DNA from: Acidobacteriota bacterium
GTDB taxonomy: Bacteria > Actinomycetota > Acidimicrobiia > Spongiisociales > ZC4RG35
Length of the DNA stretch: 64,000 nt
Assembly (NCBI GenBank): GCA_022573225.1
Contig: JACZUI010000001.1
Coordinates: forward strand, 112,883-176,882
Direction of reading: 5' to 3'
Shown: one piece after another, positions 1 to 8,675 of the stretch
Position numbering within the stretch: position 1 is the stretch's first letter
Layout: every line of letters starts with the position of its first letter
The notes under the pieces: generated by a model
What the model saw: only the letters and a program-made list of their open reading frames with translations
Told to the model about the DNA's origin: nothing
Databases searched by the model: none
Program-made: the position numbers and the translations under genes

Positions 1-330
1 GGGCCGCGAGATGAGTCTCGGATCGTTCTCGTCGGCAAACCCGAGTGGGGTGATGGCACGATCGCGCTCGGGATCGGACAAGATCGGAAACGTGAGGGCC
101 AGCTTCTCCATCACCGCCGCGTTCTGCTCAGGGGAGTCCGAGCTCAGTGCGAAGACTCTGGCGCCATGGTCGAGAAACTCCTGGTGCATGGTTGCGATGG
201 CGGCCAACTGGCCGTGGCAATAGCTTCAGAAGTCGCCCCGATGGAAGGTGATGACGGCAGCGGCGTCGCGATGATCGGAAAGGGCCCAGGGTTGGCCAGC
301 CGCGTCGAGCACGGTGAAATCGACTGTCAC
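1..330 (-). CDS. AhpC/TSA (redoxin/peroxiredoxin-like) thiol oxidoreductase, candidate selenoprotein; 3' end runs off the window
   Basis: GTG start at 330 preceded by AAGGAGAG. Translation is VTVDFTVLDAAGQPWALSDHRDAAAVITFHRGDF-TGA-SYCHGQLAAIATMHQEF...FALSSDSPEQNAAVMEKLALTFPILSDPERD. The TGA (226-228) sits where the first Cys of the RGxWCPxC motif is expected. The frame stays open and family-like to position 1. Confidence 0.6.
192..220 (-). promoter_or_regulatory. candidate bacterial SECIS hairpin downstream of the in-frame UGA
   Basis: The mRNA reads UGA AGCUAUUGCCA CGGCC AGUU GGCCG. A 5-bp GC stem with AGUU loop begins 11 nt after the UGA. A lower stem UUGC/GCAA flanks an internal loop. Confidence 0.4.
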
Positions 331-365
331 TAACTCTCCTTGGTCTCGGGTACCCCATTGTTAGC

Positions 366-1013
366 GTGCCGGCTCCCATGTTCATTCCTTTTGGCGGCGA
401 AAGGTTGCCGCGCAGATTCATCCAGCTGATCGCAGGTCTGGTGATGTTCGGCGTCGGAATCGGTCTGATGCTCCAGTCGGGGCTGGGGGTACCACCATGG
501 GATGTCCTCCATCAGGGTCTGGCCGAGAGATTCGGACTCTCCGTGGGGATATGGTCGATCCTCGTCTCGGTGGCGGTGCTTCTTCTCTGGCTGCCGTTGC
601 GAGAGCCCTATGGAATCGGCACGCTTCTCAACGCGATAATCGTCGGCGTTCTCATCGACGTAACGGTTGTGGTGGTTCCCCAGCCGGGGCCTTCATGGCT
701 CGCCTGGGCGATGCAGGTCGGCGGGATCTTGATGATCGGACTGGCTTCAGGCATGTACATCGGAGCCAACCTTGGCCCGGGTCCCCGCGATGGATTGATG
801 ACCGGCATCGCCCGACGAGGTCCTTCGATACGGCTGACTCGCTCGCTTATCGAGGTCACCGTGCTGGCGATCGGCTGGCTGCTGGGGGGAAGCTTCGGGA
901 TCGGAACGGTCCTGTTTGCTCTGGCAATCGGGCCCTTGGTCCAATTTTTCCTCCCAAGATGGACCATAGGAGCCCAAGCATCTGAGGACGCCTGGACCCA
1001 TCCCGCCCGCTGA
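366..1013 (+). CDS. integral membrane protein, YczE/YitT-like
   Basis: 215-aa ORF with multiple hydrophobic helices and the motif GLGVPPWDVLHQGL. The start is GTG 366 or ATG 378. Confidence 0.55.
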   Translation: MPAPMFIPFGGERLPRRFIQLIAGLVMFGVGIGLMLQSGLGVPPWDVLHQGLAERFGLSVGIWSILVSVAVLLLWLPLREPYGIGTLLNAIIVGVLIDVTVVVVPQPGPSWLAWAMQVGGILMIGLASGMYIGANLGPGPRDGLMTGIARRGPSIRLTRSLIEVTVLAIGWLLGGSFGIGTVLFALAIGPLVQFFLPRWTIGAQASEDAWTHPAR

Positions 1014-1095
1014 AATCGTCGTCGAGCACGATGATTTTGCTCCCCCCAAATCCTGTGCTGCACCGGCAACTCCGAGGCGCGCTAACTTTCAGCTC

Positions 1096-1968
1096 GTGGA
1101 AAGACCCGATTGGTTCAACGAGGACCTCTATCCCTTTGAAAGCCATTGGCAGGAAGTCAACGGTGCCCAGGTTCACTATCTGGATGAAGGCGAGGGCCCG
1201 ACCCTGCTGATGCTTCATGGCAATCCGACATGGTCGTTCCTCTACCGGAGGATGGTGCCGTACCTGAGCGATCGGTTCCGCTGCATCGCTCTCGACTACC
1301 CCGGGTTCGGCCTCTCGACGGCGCCGGATGGATACGGCTTCACACCGGCCGAGCATGCCTCCACCGTGAGCGGCCTCATCGACGCCTTGGGTCTTGACGA
1401 GTTCACGCCCATCATGCAGGACTGGGGAGGGCCGATCGGTCTGTCCGTTGCGCTCGACCGCCCAGATCAGATCAAGGCCATCATCCTCGGCAACACCTGG
1501 GCGTGGCCTCAGACCGACGCGTTGACCCAACGGTTCGCCTCCGCCCTCGGTGAGGGCCGCACGGGCGAGTTCCTTGTCGATCGGGCCAACGTCTTCGTCA
1601 ATGTGTTCTTGCGCAGGGCGATGAGACGCCGCAGCCCGTCCGGACGCGAGATGGACATGTGGCGCGGCCCGTTCCTCGAGCGGGATTCTCGGATTGCGGT
1701 GCGGGTCATGCCCCGTGAGCTGACAGGTTCAGCCGACTTCCTTTCCGACATCGAGGCCCGCCTTGGCGAGATCGCCGATCGGCCGTCGCTGCTCTTCTGG
1801 GCGGATCAGGATCCGACGTTTCGTGGAGCCGACAAGAGAAGGTGGGAGACGATCCTTTCCAACCGGCGCACCTACATCCTCCGTCACGCCGGCCACTTCT
1901 GGCAAGACGATGCCGGGCCCGAGGCCTCACTGATGATTCGCTATTGGTGGGACCAAACCTTTACCTGA
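1096..1968 (+). CDS. alpha/beta hydrolase, haloalkane dehalogenase-like
   Basis: Contains LMLHGNPTWSFLYR and QDWGGPIG (Asp nucleophile elbow), with a C-terminal GHFWQDD. Confidence 0.75.
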   Translation: MERPDWFNEDLYPFESHWQEVNGAQVHYLDEGEGPTLLMLHGNPTWSFLYRRMVPYLSDRFRCIALDYPGFGLSTAPDGYGFTPAEHASTVSGLIDALGLDEFTPIMQDWGGPIGLSVALDRPDQIKAIILGNTWAWPQTDALTQRFASALGEGRTGEFLVDRANVFVNVFLRRAMRRRSPSGREMDMWRGPFLERDSRIAVRVMPRELTGSADFLSDIEARLGEIADRPSLLFWADQDPTFRGADKRRWETILSNRRTYILRHAGHFWQDDAGPEASLMIRYWWDQTFT

Positions 1969-1976
1969 GGTATGGG

Positions 1977-1992
1977 GCGCCACATGTGGCGC
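1977..1992. repeat. perfect 16-bp palindrome GCGCCACATGTGGCGC just after the hydrolase stop
   Basis: Read directly from the sequence. It could be a weak terminator stem or an operator. Confidence 0.3.
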
Positions 1993-2192
1993 TATCCGCC
2001 CACAGAATAGATGTGAGACCGAGGCTGACCGGGATCGCGAAAACTCCATACCGTCTCGGCTAGACGCAGCAATCGACCCCGATCTAGGGTGCGAACCACT
2101 TCCCCCGAATGCTCCCGAGGCGTTCACTTCCCCGTCCGATGTGGTGTCTTCGCGCCCGTCCGGGCTTCGTTTCGGGATTCTCGAGAACATTC

Positions 2193-2221
2193 TTGACCTC
2201 TTACATCTGTGTAATTACAGT
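2193..2221 (+). promoter_or_regulatory. putative sigma-70 type promoter for nrdJ
   Basis: TTGACC (2193-2198), a 17-nt spacer, then TACAGT (2216-2221, TANNNT type). Confidence 0.4.
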
Positions 2222-2229
2222 GTTGAAGT

Positions 2230-2247
2230 CCATACAAGATGTCGTGG
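2230..2247. promoter_or_regulatory. possible upstream NrdR box (degenerate)
   Basis: CCATACAAGATGTCGTGG has the same CCA...TGG arms as the downstream box. The two box centres are about 32 bp apart, which is the usual tandem spacing. Confidence 0.35.
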
Positions 2248-2262
2248 TTACTTCCCCCCCAA

Positions 2263-2278
2263 CCACTACATCTTGTGG
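2263..2278. promoter_or_regulatory. NrdR box
   Basis: CCACTACATCTTGTGG matches the remembered 16-bp NrdR consensus acaCwAtATaTwGtgt at the core positions. It lies between the promoter and the nrdJ start. Confidence 0.55.
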
Positions 2279-2349
2279 TTGGTTGAGAAATTTATGGACA
2301 GCTTCCCGGCTAGTCGTGACCGGGGAGACAGTGCGAGGAGGCACTAACA

Positions 2350-5300
2350 ATGAACAAGGGCCTACGGATAACCCGTCGCTTCACCAAGGCCGGAACCGAT
2401 CCCTACGACCAGATGGACTGGTCGCGCCGGGATTCCCGAATCACCAACCCAGACGGCTCAATTGTCTTTGAGATGACCGATGCCGAGATTCCGGCGAGCT
2501 GGTCGCAAATCGCTTCGGACATCATGGTGTCCAAGTACTTCCGCAAGGCGGGCGTCCCCCAATTCGATGGAGACGGAAGCCAGATTTTCGATGACGAAGG
2601 ACAACCGGTTCTCGGGACGGAGCACTCCGCCAAGCAGGTCTTCGATCGTCTCGCCAGCACCTGGCGGCACTGGGGCGAGAAAGAGAGTTACTTCGACTCA
2701 GCCGAGGATGCCGACGCCTTCGAGGACGAACTCAAATACATGCTCGCCAGCCAGGTGGCGGCGCCCAACTCACCGCAATGGTTCAACACCGGCCTCCACA
2801 ACGCATACGGGCTCACCGGCCCGGCTCAGGGATTCTGGTACGTCGACGGGGCCGACGGGCAGATGAAAGCCTCCCCCGATTCCTACAGCCGTCCCTCCCC
2901 CCACGCCTGTTTCATCCTGTCCGTGAAGGACGATCTGGTGAACCCGGGCGGAATCATGGATCTCTGGGTCAGAGAGGCTCGGATCTTCAAGTTCGGCTCC
3001 GGCGCCGGATCCAACTTCTCCTCCATCCGAGGAGAGAACGAGCGACTCTCAGGCGGAGGCAAGTCCTCCGGTGTCATGTCGTTTCTCAAGATCGGTGACC
3101 GCGCCGCCGGCGCGATCAAGTCGGGTGGCACCACTCGTCGCGCCGCCAAAATGGTGATTCTCGACGTCGACCATCCAGACATCGAGAAGTTCGTCGAGTG
3201 GAAAAAGGTCGAGGAGGACAAGGCCAAGCTGCTCATCAACCACGGTGGCTTCCCCGCTGATTTCAATGGCGAGGCTTATGCCACTGTCTCGGGGCAGAAC
3301 TCCAACAACTCGGTCCGCATCAACAACGATTTCGTGAAGGCAGTGGAGAGTGACGATGACTGGGATCTGATAAATCGGACCGACGGGTCGGTTCGCAAGA
3401 CGATCAAGGCCCGCGATCTGTGGACCACGATCGCAGAAGCCGCCTGGTCCTGTGCCGATCCTGGCCTTCAGTTCGACTCCACCATCAACGAGTGGCACAC
3501 CAGTCCGGCGGGTGGCCGAATTCGGGCGTCTAACCCATGTTCGGAATACCTTTTCTTGGACGACACGGCCTGCAATCTCGCATCGTTGAATCTGGTGAAG
3601 TTCTACGACGATCAATCCGGGGTCTTCGATATCGAGGCCTACCAGCATGCGATCCGGCTCTGGACGATCGTGCTCGAGATCTCGGTGGCCATGGCCCACT
3701 TCCCCTCCCGTGAGATTGCACAAGGCTCCTACGACTACCGGACTCTCGGGCTTGGCTACGCCAATCTCGGTTCACTGCTGATGCGTCAGGGCATCGCCTA
3801 TGACAGTGATGAGGGTCGGGCGATCGCCGGTGGGCTCACCTCGGTTCTCACCGGCTATTCGTATGCGACCTCGGCCGAGATCGCCGGCGTCACCGGGCCA
3901 TTCCCCAAGTACTCGGAGAACCGGGAATCCATGTTGAGAGTCATCCGGAACCACCGGAGGGCGGCCTACGACGACAAGGACTTTGAGGGCGTCACAACCA
4001 GAGTCATGGGCATCGACACCGACCTTTGCCCCGCCGACTTGCTCCAGGCCGCCCGCACCTCGTGGGACCTTGCGCTCGAGCGTGGCGAGGCCGACGGATA
4101 TCGCAACGCACAGGCCAGTGTTTTAGCGCCAACTGGAACAATTGGGTTGCTCATGGATTGTGACACCACCGGCGTCGAGCCTGACTTCGCCCTGGTGAAG
4201 TTCAAGAAGCTGGCCGGCGGCGGGTACTTCAAGATCGTGAACAAGTCGGTGGCGCCCGCCCTTGCCCGGCTGGGGTACCAACCTCAGGACATCAAGGATG
4301 TTGTCGAGTACATCGTGGGAACAAGCTCACTCGATGGAGCCCCGAACATCAACCGGGAGTCCCTGGTCGACAAGGGCTTCGACGACGAGGACCTGGCCAA
4401 GCTCGCGTCGGCACTTCCGTCGGTCTTCGACCTGAAGCACGCCTTCAACGTGTTCACCTTTGGTGAGGAGACGCTCCAGCGAATCGGGTTCGACGTGGGC
4501 AAGTACACCTCGTGGGACTTCAACCTTCTCAAGGCTCTCGGATTCAGCAGCCGGGAGATAGCCGAGGCCAACGACCACATCTGTGGCCGTCAGACCATCG
4601 AGGGCGCCCCGCATGTGAAGGATGAGGACCTAGAGATTTTCGACACCGCCAACAAGAACGGCAAGTACGGAACGCGATTCATCCATCACAACGGTCACAT
4701 CATGATGATGGCTGCGGCCCAGCCGTTCATCTCGGGTGCAATCTCGAAGACCATCAATATGCCTGAGGAGGTCACTCCGGAAGACATCGAGGGGGCCTAC
4801 CGACTGTCGTGGGAGCTCGGTCTCAAGGCGATGGCCATATACCGGGACGGCTCCAAGGCCGTACAGCCTCTCAACTCGGTTGCCGACGAGGGTGACGACG
4901 CCGAAGTCGAAGACGCCGCGATCACACTGGCGGTCGAGGCTGAGAAGGCGATTCACTGGGGCAGTCTGCCGGTTGGGATCTCACCGACCCAGGCATACGC
5001 CCGCGGGATGAAGCCGCCCCGGTTCCTGTTGCCTGCCCGGCGCGCCGGGTACAACCAGGAGGCCCGTGTCGGCGGTCACAAGATCTATATGCGCACCGGC
5101 GAGTACGACGACGGGACGCTTGGTGAGATCTTCATCGACCTGGCCAAGGAGGGCGCGACCCTGAAGGGGATCCTCTCCTGTTTCTCCATCGCGATCTCCA
5201 AGGGCCTCCAATACGGAGTGCCGTTGGAGGAGTTTGTCGACACCTTCACCTTCCAAACCTTCGAGCCGAGAGGCATGGTGGAGGGTCACGAGAACATCAA

Positions 5301-5751
5301 GATGGCCAACTCCATAATCGACTATGTGTTCCGCGCTCTCGGTGTCGAATACCTCCAACGCGACGAGTTGGCGCAGGTGCCACCGATCCGGGATGGCGTG
5401 CTGGCCAGCCCGCCCAAGGGCCTGGCTGCTGAAATGGGCATCCAACTCGACTTGACCGATGCCGCCGCGGAGGACGACGTGGCTGTCGTGCAGCGGGCCG
5501 CCGCTTTCGTGGACGGGTCAAACGAATCAGCCCCTGTGGTCTCCGAGAGGGAGGTCATGGTCTCCGAGACGGAGGTAATCGTGGTTGAGAAGCAGACCGT
5601 TGCAGTCGCAGCGGGCACAACCACGGTCGACATGGCACTCTCAGAGAACATGGGTGATGCGCCGGTCTGCTCCAACTGCGGACACATGACGATCCGTAAC
5701 GGCAGCTGCTATGTCTGTCTCACCTGCGGAGACACCACCGGTTGCAGCTGA
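2350..5751 (+). CDS. nrdJ: class II (adenosylcobalamin-dependent) ribonucleotide reductase
   Basis: 1133 aa. Active-site region is SNPCSEYLFLDDTACNLASLNL. The C-terminal Cys cluster is CSNCGHMTIRNGSCYVCLTCG. Confidence 0.95.
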   Translation: MNKGLRITRRFTKAGTDPYDQMDWSRRDSRITNPDGSIVFEMTDAEIPASWSQIASDIMVSKYFRKAGVPQFDGDGSQIFDDEGQPVLGTEHSAKQVFDRLASTWRHWGEKESYFDSAEDADAFEDELKYMLASQVAAPNSPQWFNTGLHNAYGLTGPAQGFWYVDGADGQMKASPDSYSRPSPHACFILSVKDDLVNPGGIMDLWVREARIFKFGSGAGSNFSSIRGENERLSGGGKSSGVMSFLKIGDRAAGAIKSGGTTRRAAKMVILDVDHPDIEKFVEWKKVEEDKAKLLINHGGFPADFNGEAYATVSGQNSNNSVRINNDFVKAVESDDDWDLINRTDGSVRKTIKARDLWTTIAEAAWSCADPGLQFDSTINEWHTSPAGGRIRASNPCSEYLFLDDTACNLASLNLVKFYDDQSGVFDIEAYQHAIRLWTIVLEISVAMAHFPSREIAQGSYDYRTLGLGYANLGSLLMRQGIAYDSDEGRAIAGGLTSVLTGYSYATSAEIAGVTGPFPKYSENRESMLRVIRNHRRAAYDDKDFEGVTTRVMGIDTDLCPADLLQAARTSWDLALERGEADGYRNAQASVLAPTGTIGLLMDCDTTGVEPDFALVKFKKLAGGGYFKIVNKSVAPALARLGYQPQDIKDVVEYIVGTSSLDGAPNINRESLVDKGFDDEDLAKLASALPSVFDLKHAFNVFTFGEETLQRIGFDVGKYTSWDFNLLKALGFSSREIAEANDHICGRQTIEGAPHVKDEDLEIFDTANKNGKYGTRFIHHNGHIMMMAAAQPFISGAISKTINMPEEVTPEDIEGAYRLSWELGLKAMAIYRDGSKAVQPLNSVADEGDDAEVEDAAITLAVEAEKAIHWGSLPVGISPTQAYARGMKPPRFLLPARRAGYNQEARVGGHKIYMRTGEYDDGTLGEIFIDLAKEGATLKGILSCFSIAISKGLQYGVPLEEFVDTFTFQTFEPRGMVEGHENIKMANSIIDYVFRALGVEYLQRDELAQVPPIRDGVLASPPKGLAAEMGIQLDLTDAAAEDDVAVVQRAAAFVDGSNESAPVVSEREVMVSETEVIVVEKQTVAVAAGTTTVDMALSENMGDAPVCSNCGHMTIRNGSCYVCLTCGDTTGCS

Positions 5752-5759
5752 TGTGAAGC

Positions 5760-7049
5760 GTGTGTAGATCCCGGTGTCCGGCACCGGTATCTGCACACGC
5801 TCAGAAGGTTGCCAAAAACATCGATTTTGACGGAGCGTTCCCACAACTCCTGACGGTGACGGCTCTGGCAGCCGCTTTCGGGACGCTGTTGATGGCGCTC
5901 TGGGCGAAGCTGCCGTTTGCCATGGCGCCCGGGATGGGTCTAAACGCGTACTTCACCTTCACGGTCGTCCTGGGCATGGGCATCGCGTGGGAAACAGCGC
6001 TCGGCGCTGTGTTCATCTCGGGACTCCTATTCATGGTCATCGCCCTCACCGGGGCTCGGCGATGGATACTGAACGCAATACCCCTCCACCTGAAACACGC
6101 CATCACTGCAGGCATCGGGGCGTTCCTGGCGATTATCGGATTCGTGGGAGCCGGTTGGATAGGAGACAACTTTGTCACCTTCGTTCAAGTCGGCGACTTC
6201 ACCTCATGGCTTCCCTGGCTGGCGGTGGCTGGTGTCGTCGTGACAGGCGCGCTGATGGTGAACAAGGTCAAAGGAGCGATCCTGATCGGGATCCTCGCAA
6301 TAACGGCAATGGTGATCATCTTCGACGTTGACGCCTACAACTACGGTGGCGAGACTCTGGAGTCGTTTGCAGGCTTCGGTGGCTCGATCATCGGGTTCAC
6401 CGCACCCACAGACCTGATCGGTGCCATGGATCTCGGCGCGGCCTTGGGACTTGGGATAGTCAGCGTCGTGTTCACGTTCCTGTTCGTCGACTTCTTCGAC
6501 ACCGCGGGAACCCTCATCGGGTTGACCGACAAGGCCGGAATGCTCGACGAGAAGGGCCACATCCAGGCGCCTCGTGCAGCATTTGCTGCCGACGGTGCAG
6601 CCACCGCGGTGGGCGCAGCCTTGGGTACTTCGAGCACAACGACGTTCATCGAGTCCGCCGCCGGAGTCGAGGAGGGAGGAAGAACCGGGCTCACAGCCCT
6701 CACGGTCTCCGTCCTCTTCCTCGCAGCGATGTTCCTGTCGCCTCTGGCCCAGGCGATCCCGACGGTTGCCACCTCGGCCGCCCTCATCATCATCGGTGCG
6801 ATGATGATGACCGGCGCAACCAAGGTCGACTGGACCGACTATCGAAAGTCGATCCCGGCGTTCCTGGCGATCGTTGGAATGCCATTCACCTACTCGATCA
6901 CGTTCGGCATCAGCTTGGCAATAGTGACGCACACGTTCCTCTACGCAGTGAGCGGAAAGATCAAGGAGATCCACCCGATGATGTGGATCCTGACCCTGCT
7001 GATAATTGCCAACCAGACCGGCTTCATTGCCGATGTGTTCGGCGGCTAA
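5760..7049 (+). CDS. NCS2/AzgA-family purine (adenine/guanine/hypoxanthine) permease, N-terminus apparently short
   Basis: Contains APGMGLNAYFTFTVVLGMG, FVDFFDTAGTL and GTSSTTTFIESAAGV. The usual first helix (GxTTFxxMAYIxxVNP) is absent. The frame is closed by a TGA at 5754-5756. Confidence 0.8.
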   Translation: MCRSRCPAPVSAHAQKVAKNIDFDGAFPQLLTVTALAAAFGTLLMALWAKLPFAMAPGMGLNAYFTFTVVLGMGIAWETALGAVFISGLLFMVIALTGARRWILNAIPLHLKHAITAGIGAFLAIIGFVGAGWIGDNFVTFVQVGDFTSWLPWLAVAGVVVTGALMVNKVKGAILIGILAITAMVIIFDVDAYNYGGETLESFAGFGGSIIGFTAPTDLIGAMDLGAALGLGIVSVVFTFLFVDFFDTAGTLIGLTDKAGMLDEKGHIQAPRAAFAADGAATAVGAALGTSSTTTFIESAAGVEEGGRTGLTALTVSVLFLAAMFLSPLAQAIPTVATSAALIIIGAMMMTGATKVDWTDYRKSIPAFLAIVGMPFTYSITFGISLAIVTHTFLYAVSGKIKEIHPMMWILTLLIIANQTGFIADVFGG

Positions 7050-7069
7050 CGCCCGGAGTTGGCTGAATC

Positions 7070-7100
7070 GGGAAGGGGCCTCCGGGCCCTTTCCCTTTTC
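7070..7100. terminator. bidirectional intrinsic terminator between the permease and azlD
   Basis: GGGAAGGGGCC-TCC-GGGCCCTTTCCC followed by TTTTC. Confidence 0.55.
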
Positions 7101-7409
7101 TCATAGGACGGCTCGAACCACCCAGTAGACGGTCATCCCGGCTACCAGGGTCCAGATGTGGCTGCGGGTTTTGTAGGCGACGCCTCCGCCCACCGCGAAC
7201 GCCGCCAGCTCGGGGATCCCGATCGCAACCGCTCCGTCTTCGTCGATCAACAGCGCAACCACGAGAGCGGCAAGCACCGCGGGAGCGACGAACTGAAGCG
7301 AAACAAGAACAGGGTCCGGGATCCGTCGGTTGGCCAGGACAACGATGAAGAGGGCACGGCTGAAGTAGGTGCCCAGACCGACGATGGCAATGGCAACGAG
7401 GTCTATCAC
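7101..7409 (-). CDS. azlD: branched-chain amino acid exporter small subunit AzlD
   Basis: 102-aa hydrophobic protein. Its GTG start overlaps the azlC stop (GTGA). Confidence 0.75.
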   Translation of the reverse strand: MIDLVAIAIVGLGTYFSRALFIVVLANRRIPDPVLVSLQFVAPAVLAALVVALLIDEDGAVAIGIPELAAFAVGGGVAYKTRSHIWTLVAGMTVYWVVRAVL

Positions 7410-8086
7410 TTCTTGAACCTCTCGGCGATCGTGCCGGCCATAACCCCAACCAATGCGCCGACAAGGAGCCCGGTCCGACTCGGCAATCCGGCCGCCACAT
7501 AGGTGATACCGGCTCCAACAATCGCGGCGATCGTCTGCGGCCAACGGCCGATACCGATGACGATCAATCCGATGAACATGATCGGCACCGCAAAGCCGAG
7601 ATTCCACTCCACGGGAACGATCGGTCCAACAAAGAGGCCGGTCGCAACCGTGATCAGCCAGAGGGCCCAGAATGTGAATCCGGCGGTGAGGTAATAGGTT
7701 CGGAACACATCCGGGTCGTCATCTACTCGAACGGAAACCAACGCAAACAATTGGTCGATCAGGACATACGGCCCCAGCCAGCGAAACCACCGAGGCTGGC
7801 GTTGGAAGGTTGGGGCCAGGGCAGCCGAATACATGACATGTCGGGCATTGACAACCAGAGCGGCAGTGATCGCGGCCGCCACAGCCGCACCGCTTCCCAG
7901 CAGCGAGATCAGGGTCAGCTGAGCTGCTCCACCGAATATGAGCGGAGCACTGGACCAGCCGACAAGTTTGTTCATCCCCGACTCGACCACGGCCAGACCG
8001 ATCACCAAACCGAACGGGAACGCCGGCACGAACAGCGGCAGCGCGTCAATGAAGCCCCTACGTCGGATGGAGACAGCTTCAGACAT
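7406..8086 (-). CDS. azlC: branched-chain amino acid exporter AzlC
   Basis: 226-aa polytopic protein with FPFGLVIGLAVVESGM...GGAAQLTLISLL. Confidence 0.8.
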   Translation of the reverse strand: MSEAVSIRRRGFIDALPLFVPAFPFGLVIGLAVVESGMNKLVGWSSAPLIFGGAAQLTLISLLGSGAAVAAAITAALVVNARHVMYSAALAPTFQRQPRWFRWLGPYVLIDQLFALVSVRVDDDPDVFRTYYLTAGFTFWALWLITVATGLFVGPIVPVEWNLGFAVPIMFIGLIVIGIGRWPQTIAAIVGAGITYVAAGLPSRTGLLVGALVGVMAGTIAERFKK

Positions 8087-8149
8087 GAGGGCGACACACT
8101 AGGTGTGTTGTTGACCGCATGAACTGAGCCTCCATGGTTGACTCGACAC

Positions 8150-8367
8150 ATGACCACCTTCCGCCATGTACTGATGATGAGATTCAAAGACGACGCATCC
8201 GAAGAGCAGATCGGAGCCTTCTTCGACGGCATGGCATTGGTAGCCGACTTCGACTCGGAGGATGATTGGCACAGCTACACCAATCACCCACTACCAGGCC
8301 TTTATCGCCAAGGATGTAGTGGCCATCGTGGCGGAAGCGGTGCGAGTCCAGTACGAGGTGAATTAGT
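8150..8367 (+). pseudogene. Dabb (stress-responsive alpha-beta barrel) gene remnant with frameshift and internal deletion
   Basis: MTTFRHVLMMRFKDDASEEQIGAFFDGMA..ADFDSEDDWHSYTNHP runs in one frame, then HYQAFIAKDVVAIVAEAVRVQYEVN* in the next frame (shift near 8288-8292). About 25 residues of the central region are missing. Confidence 0.55.
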
Positions 8368-8390
8368 CAGTGGTTGTTGGACAACACAAT

Positions 8391-8644
8391 TAAGTTTCGA
8401 TTTGGGCGGCCATCTCATCGTGCATCCTTCTCTTCGTTTCAGACCAATCGCCAACCTCGATCTCAGGTGCTGACAGCAGCAAGTCAGCAGCGGTCGACCG
8501 GGCGACGACATCTCCAGGCACGTACCGGTCTACGGCATCGCGAATGATCGACGCAACCGAGCCACCCGACTGGCGCGCCGCCTGTTCCAGCTACTCATAT
8601 TGGGCCGGCTCGAGAAGGATCTGAAGACGTCCGTCGAGGGACAT
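8391..8644 (-). pseudogene. ribbon-helix-helix (CopG/VapB-like) antitoxin gene interrupted by an in-frame TAG; no toxin partner
   Basis: MSLDGRLQILLEPAQYE-TAG(8591-8593)-LEQAARQSGGSVASIIRDAVDRYVPG... The downstream position where a toxin would lie is occupied by the Dabb remnant. Confidence 0.5.
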
Positions 8645-8675
8645 ACACATAACATGAGCATGAGCATGTGGATAC

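Noticed and set aside
856-1530. Long antisense or out-of-frame ORFs throughout the window. Examples: 856-1530(-), 3049-3723(-), 6204-6974(-), 13942-14871(-), 23945-24934(-), 37853-39307(-), 40132-41742(+), 42557-44044(+), 44301-45272(-), 34755-36026 (5' part) and 12875-13984 (5' part).
   Set aside because: These are typical high-GC shadow ORFs. Their translations are Arg/Pro/Gly-rich and low in complexity. They overlap genes on the other strand or frame that have clear family motifs, and they lack RBSs.
1969-2349. Possible cobalamin riboswitch in the 380-bp leader of the B12-dependent RNR.
   Set aside because: I could not find a B12-box-like conserved core. The region is better explained by a promoter plus NrdR boxes. 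As far as I recall, B12 riboswitches typically control the B12-independent RNRs, not nrdJ.
8591-8593. The in-frame TAG in the RHH antitoxin as pyrrolysine or programmed readthrough.
   Set aside because: There is no Pyl context in this kind of organism or gene, no downstream structure was noted, and the neighbourhood is otherwise decayed.
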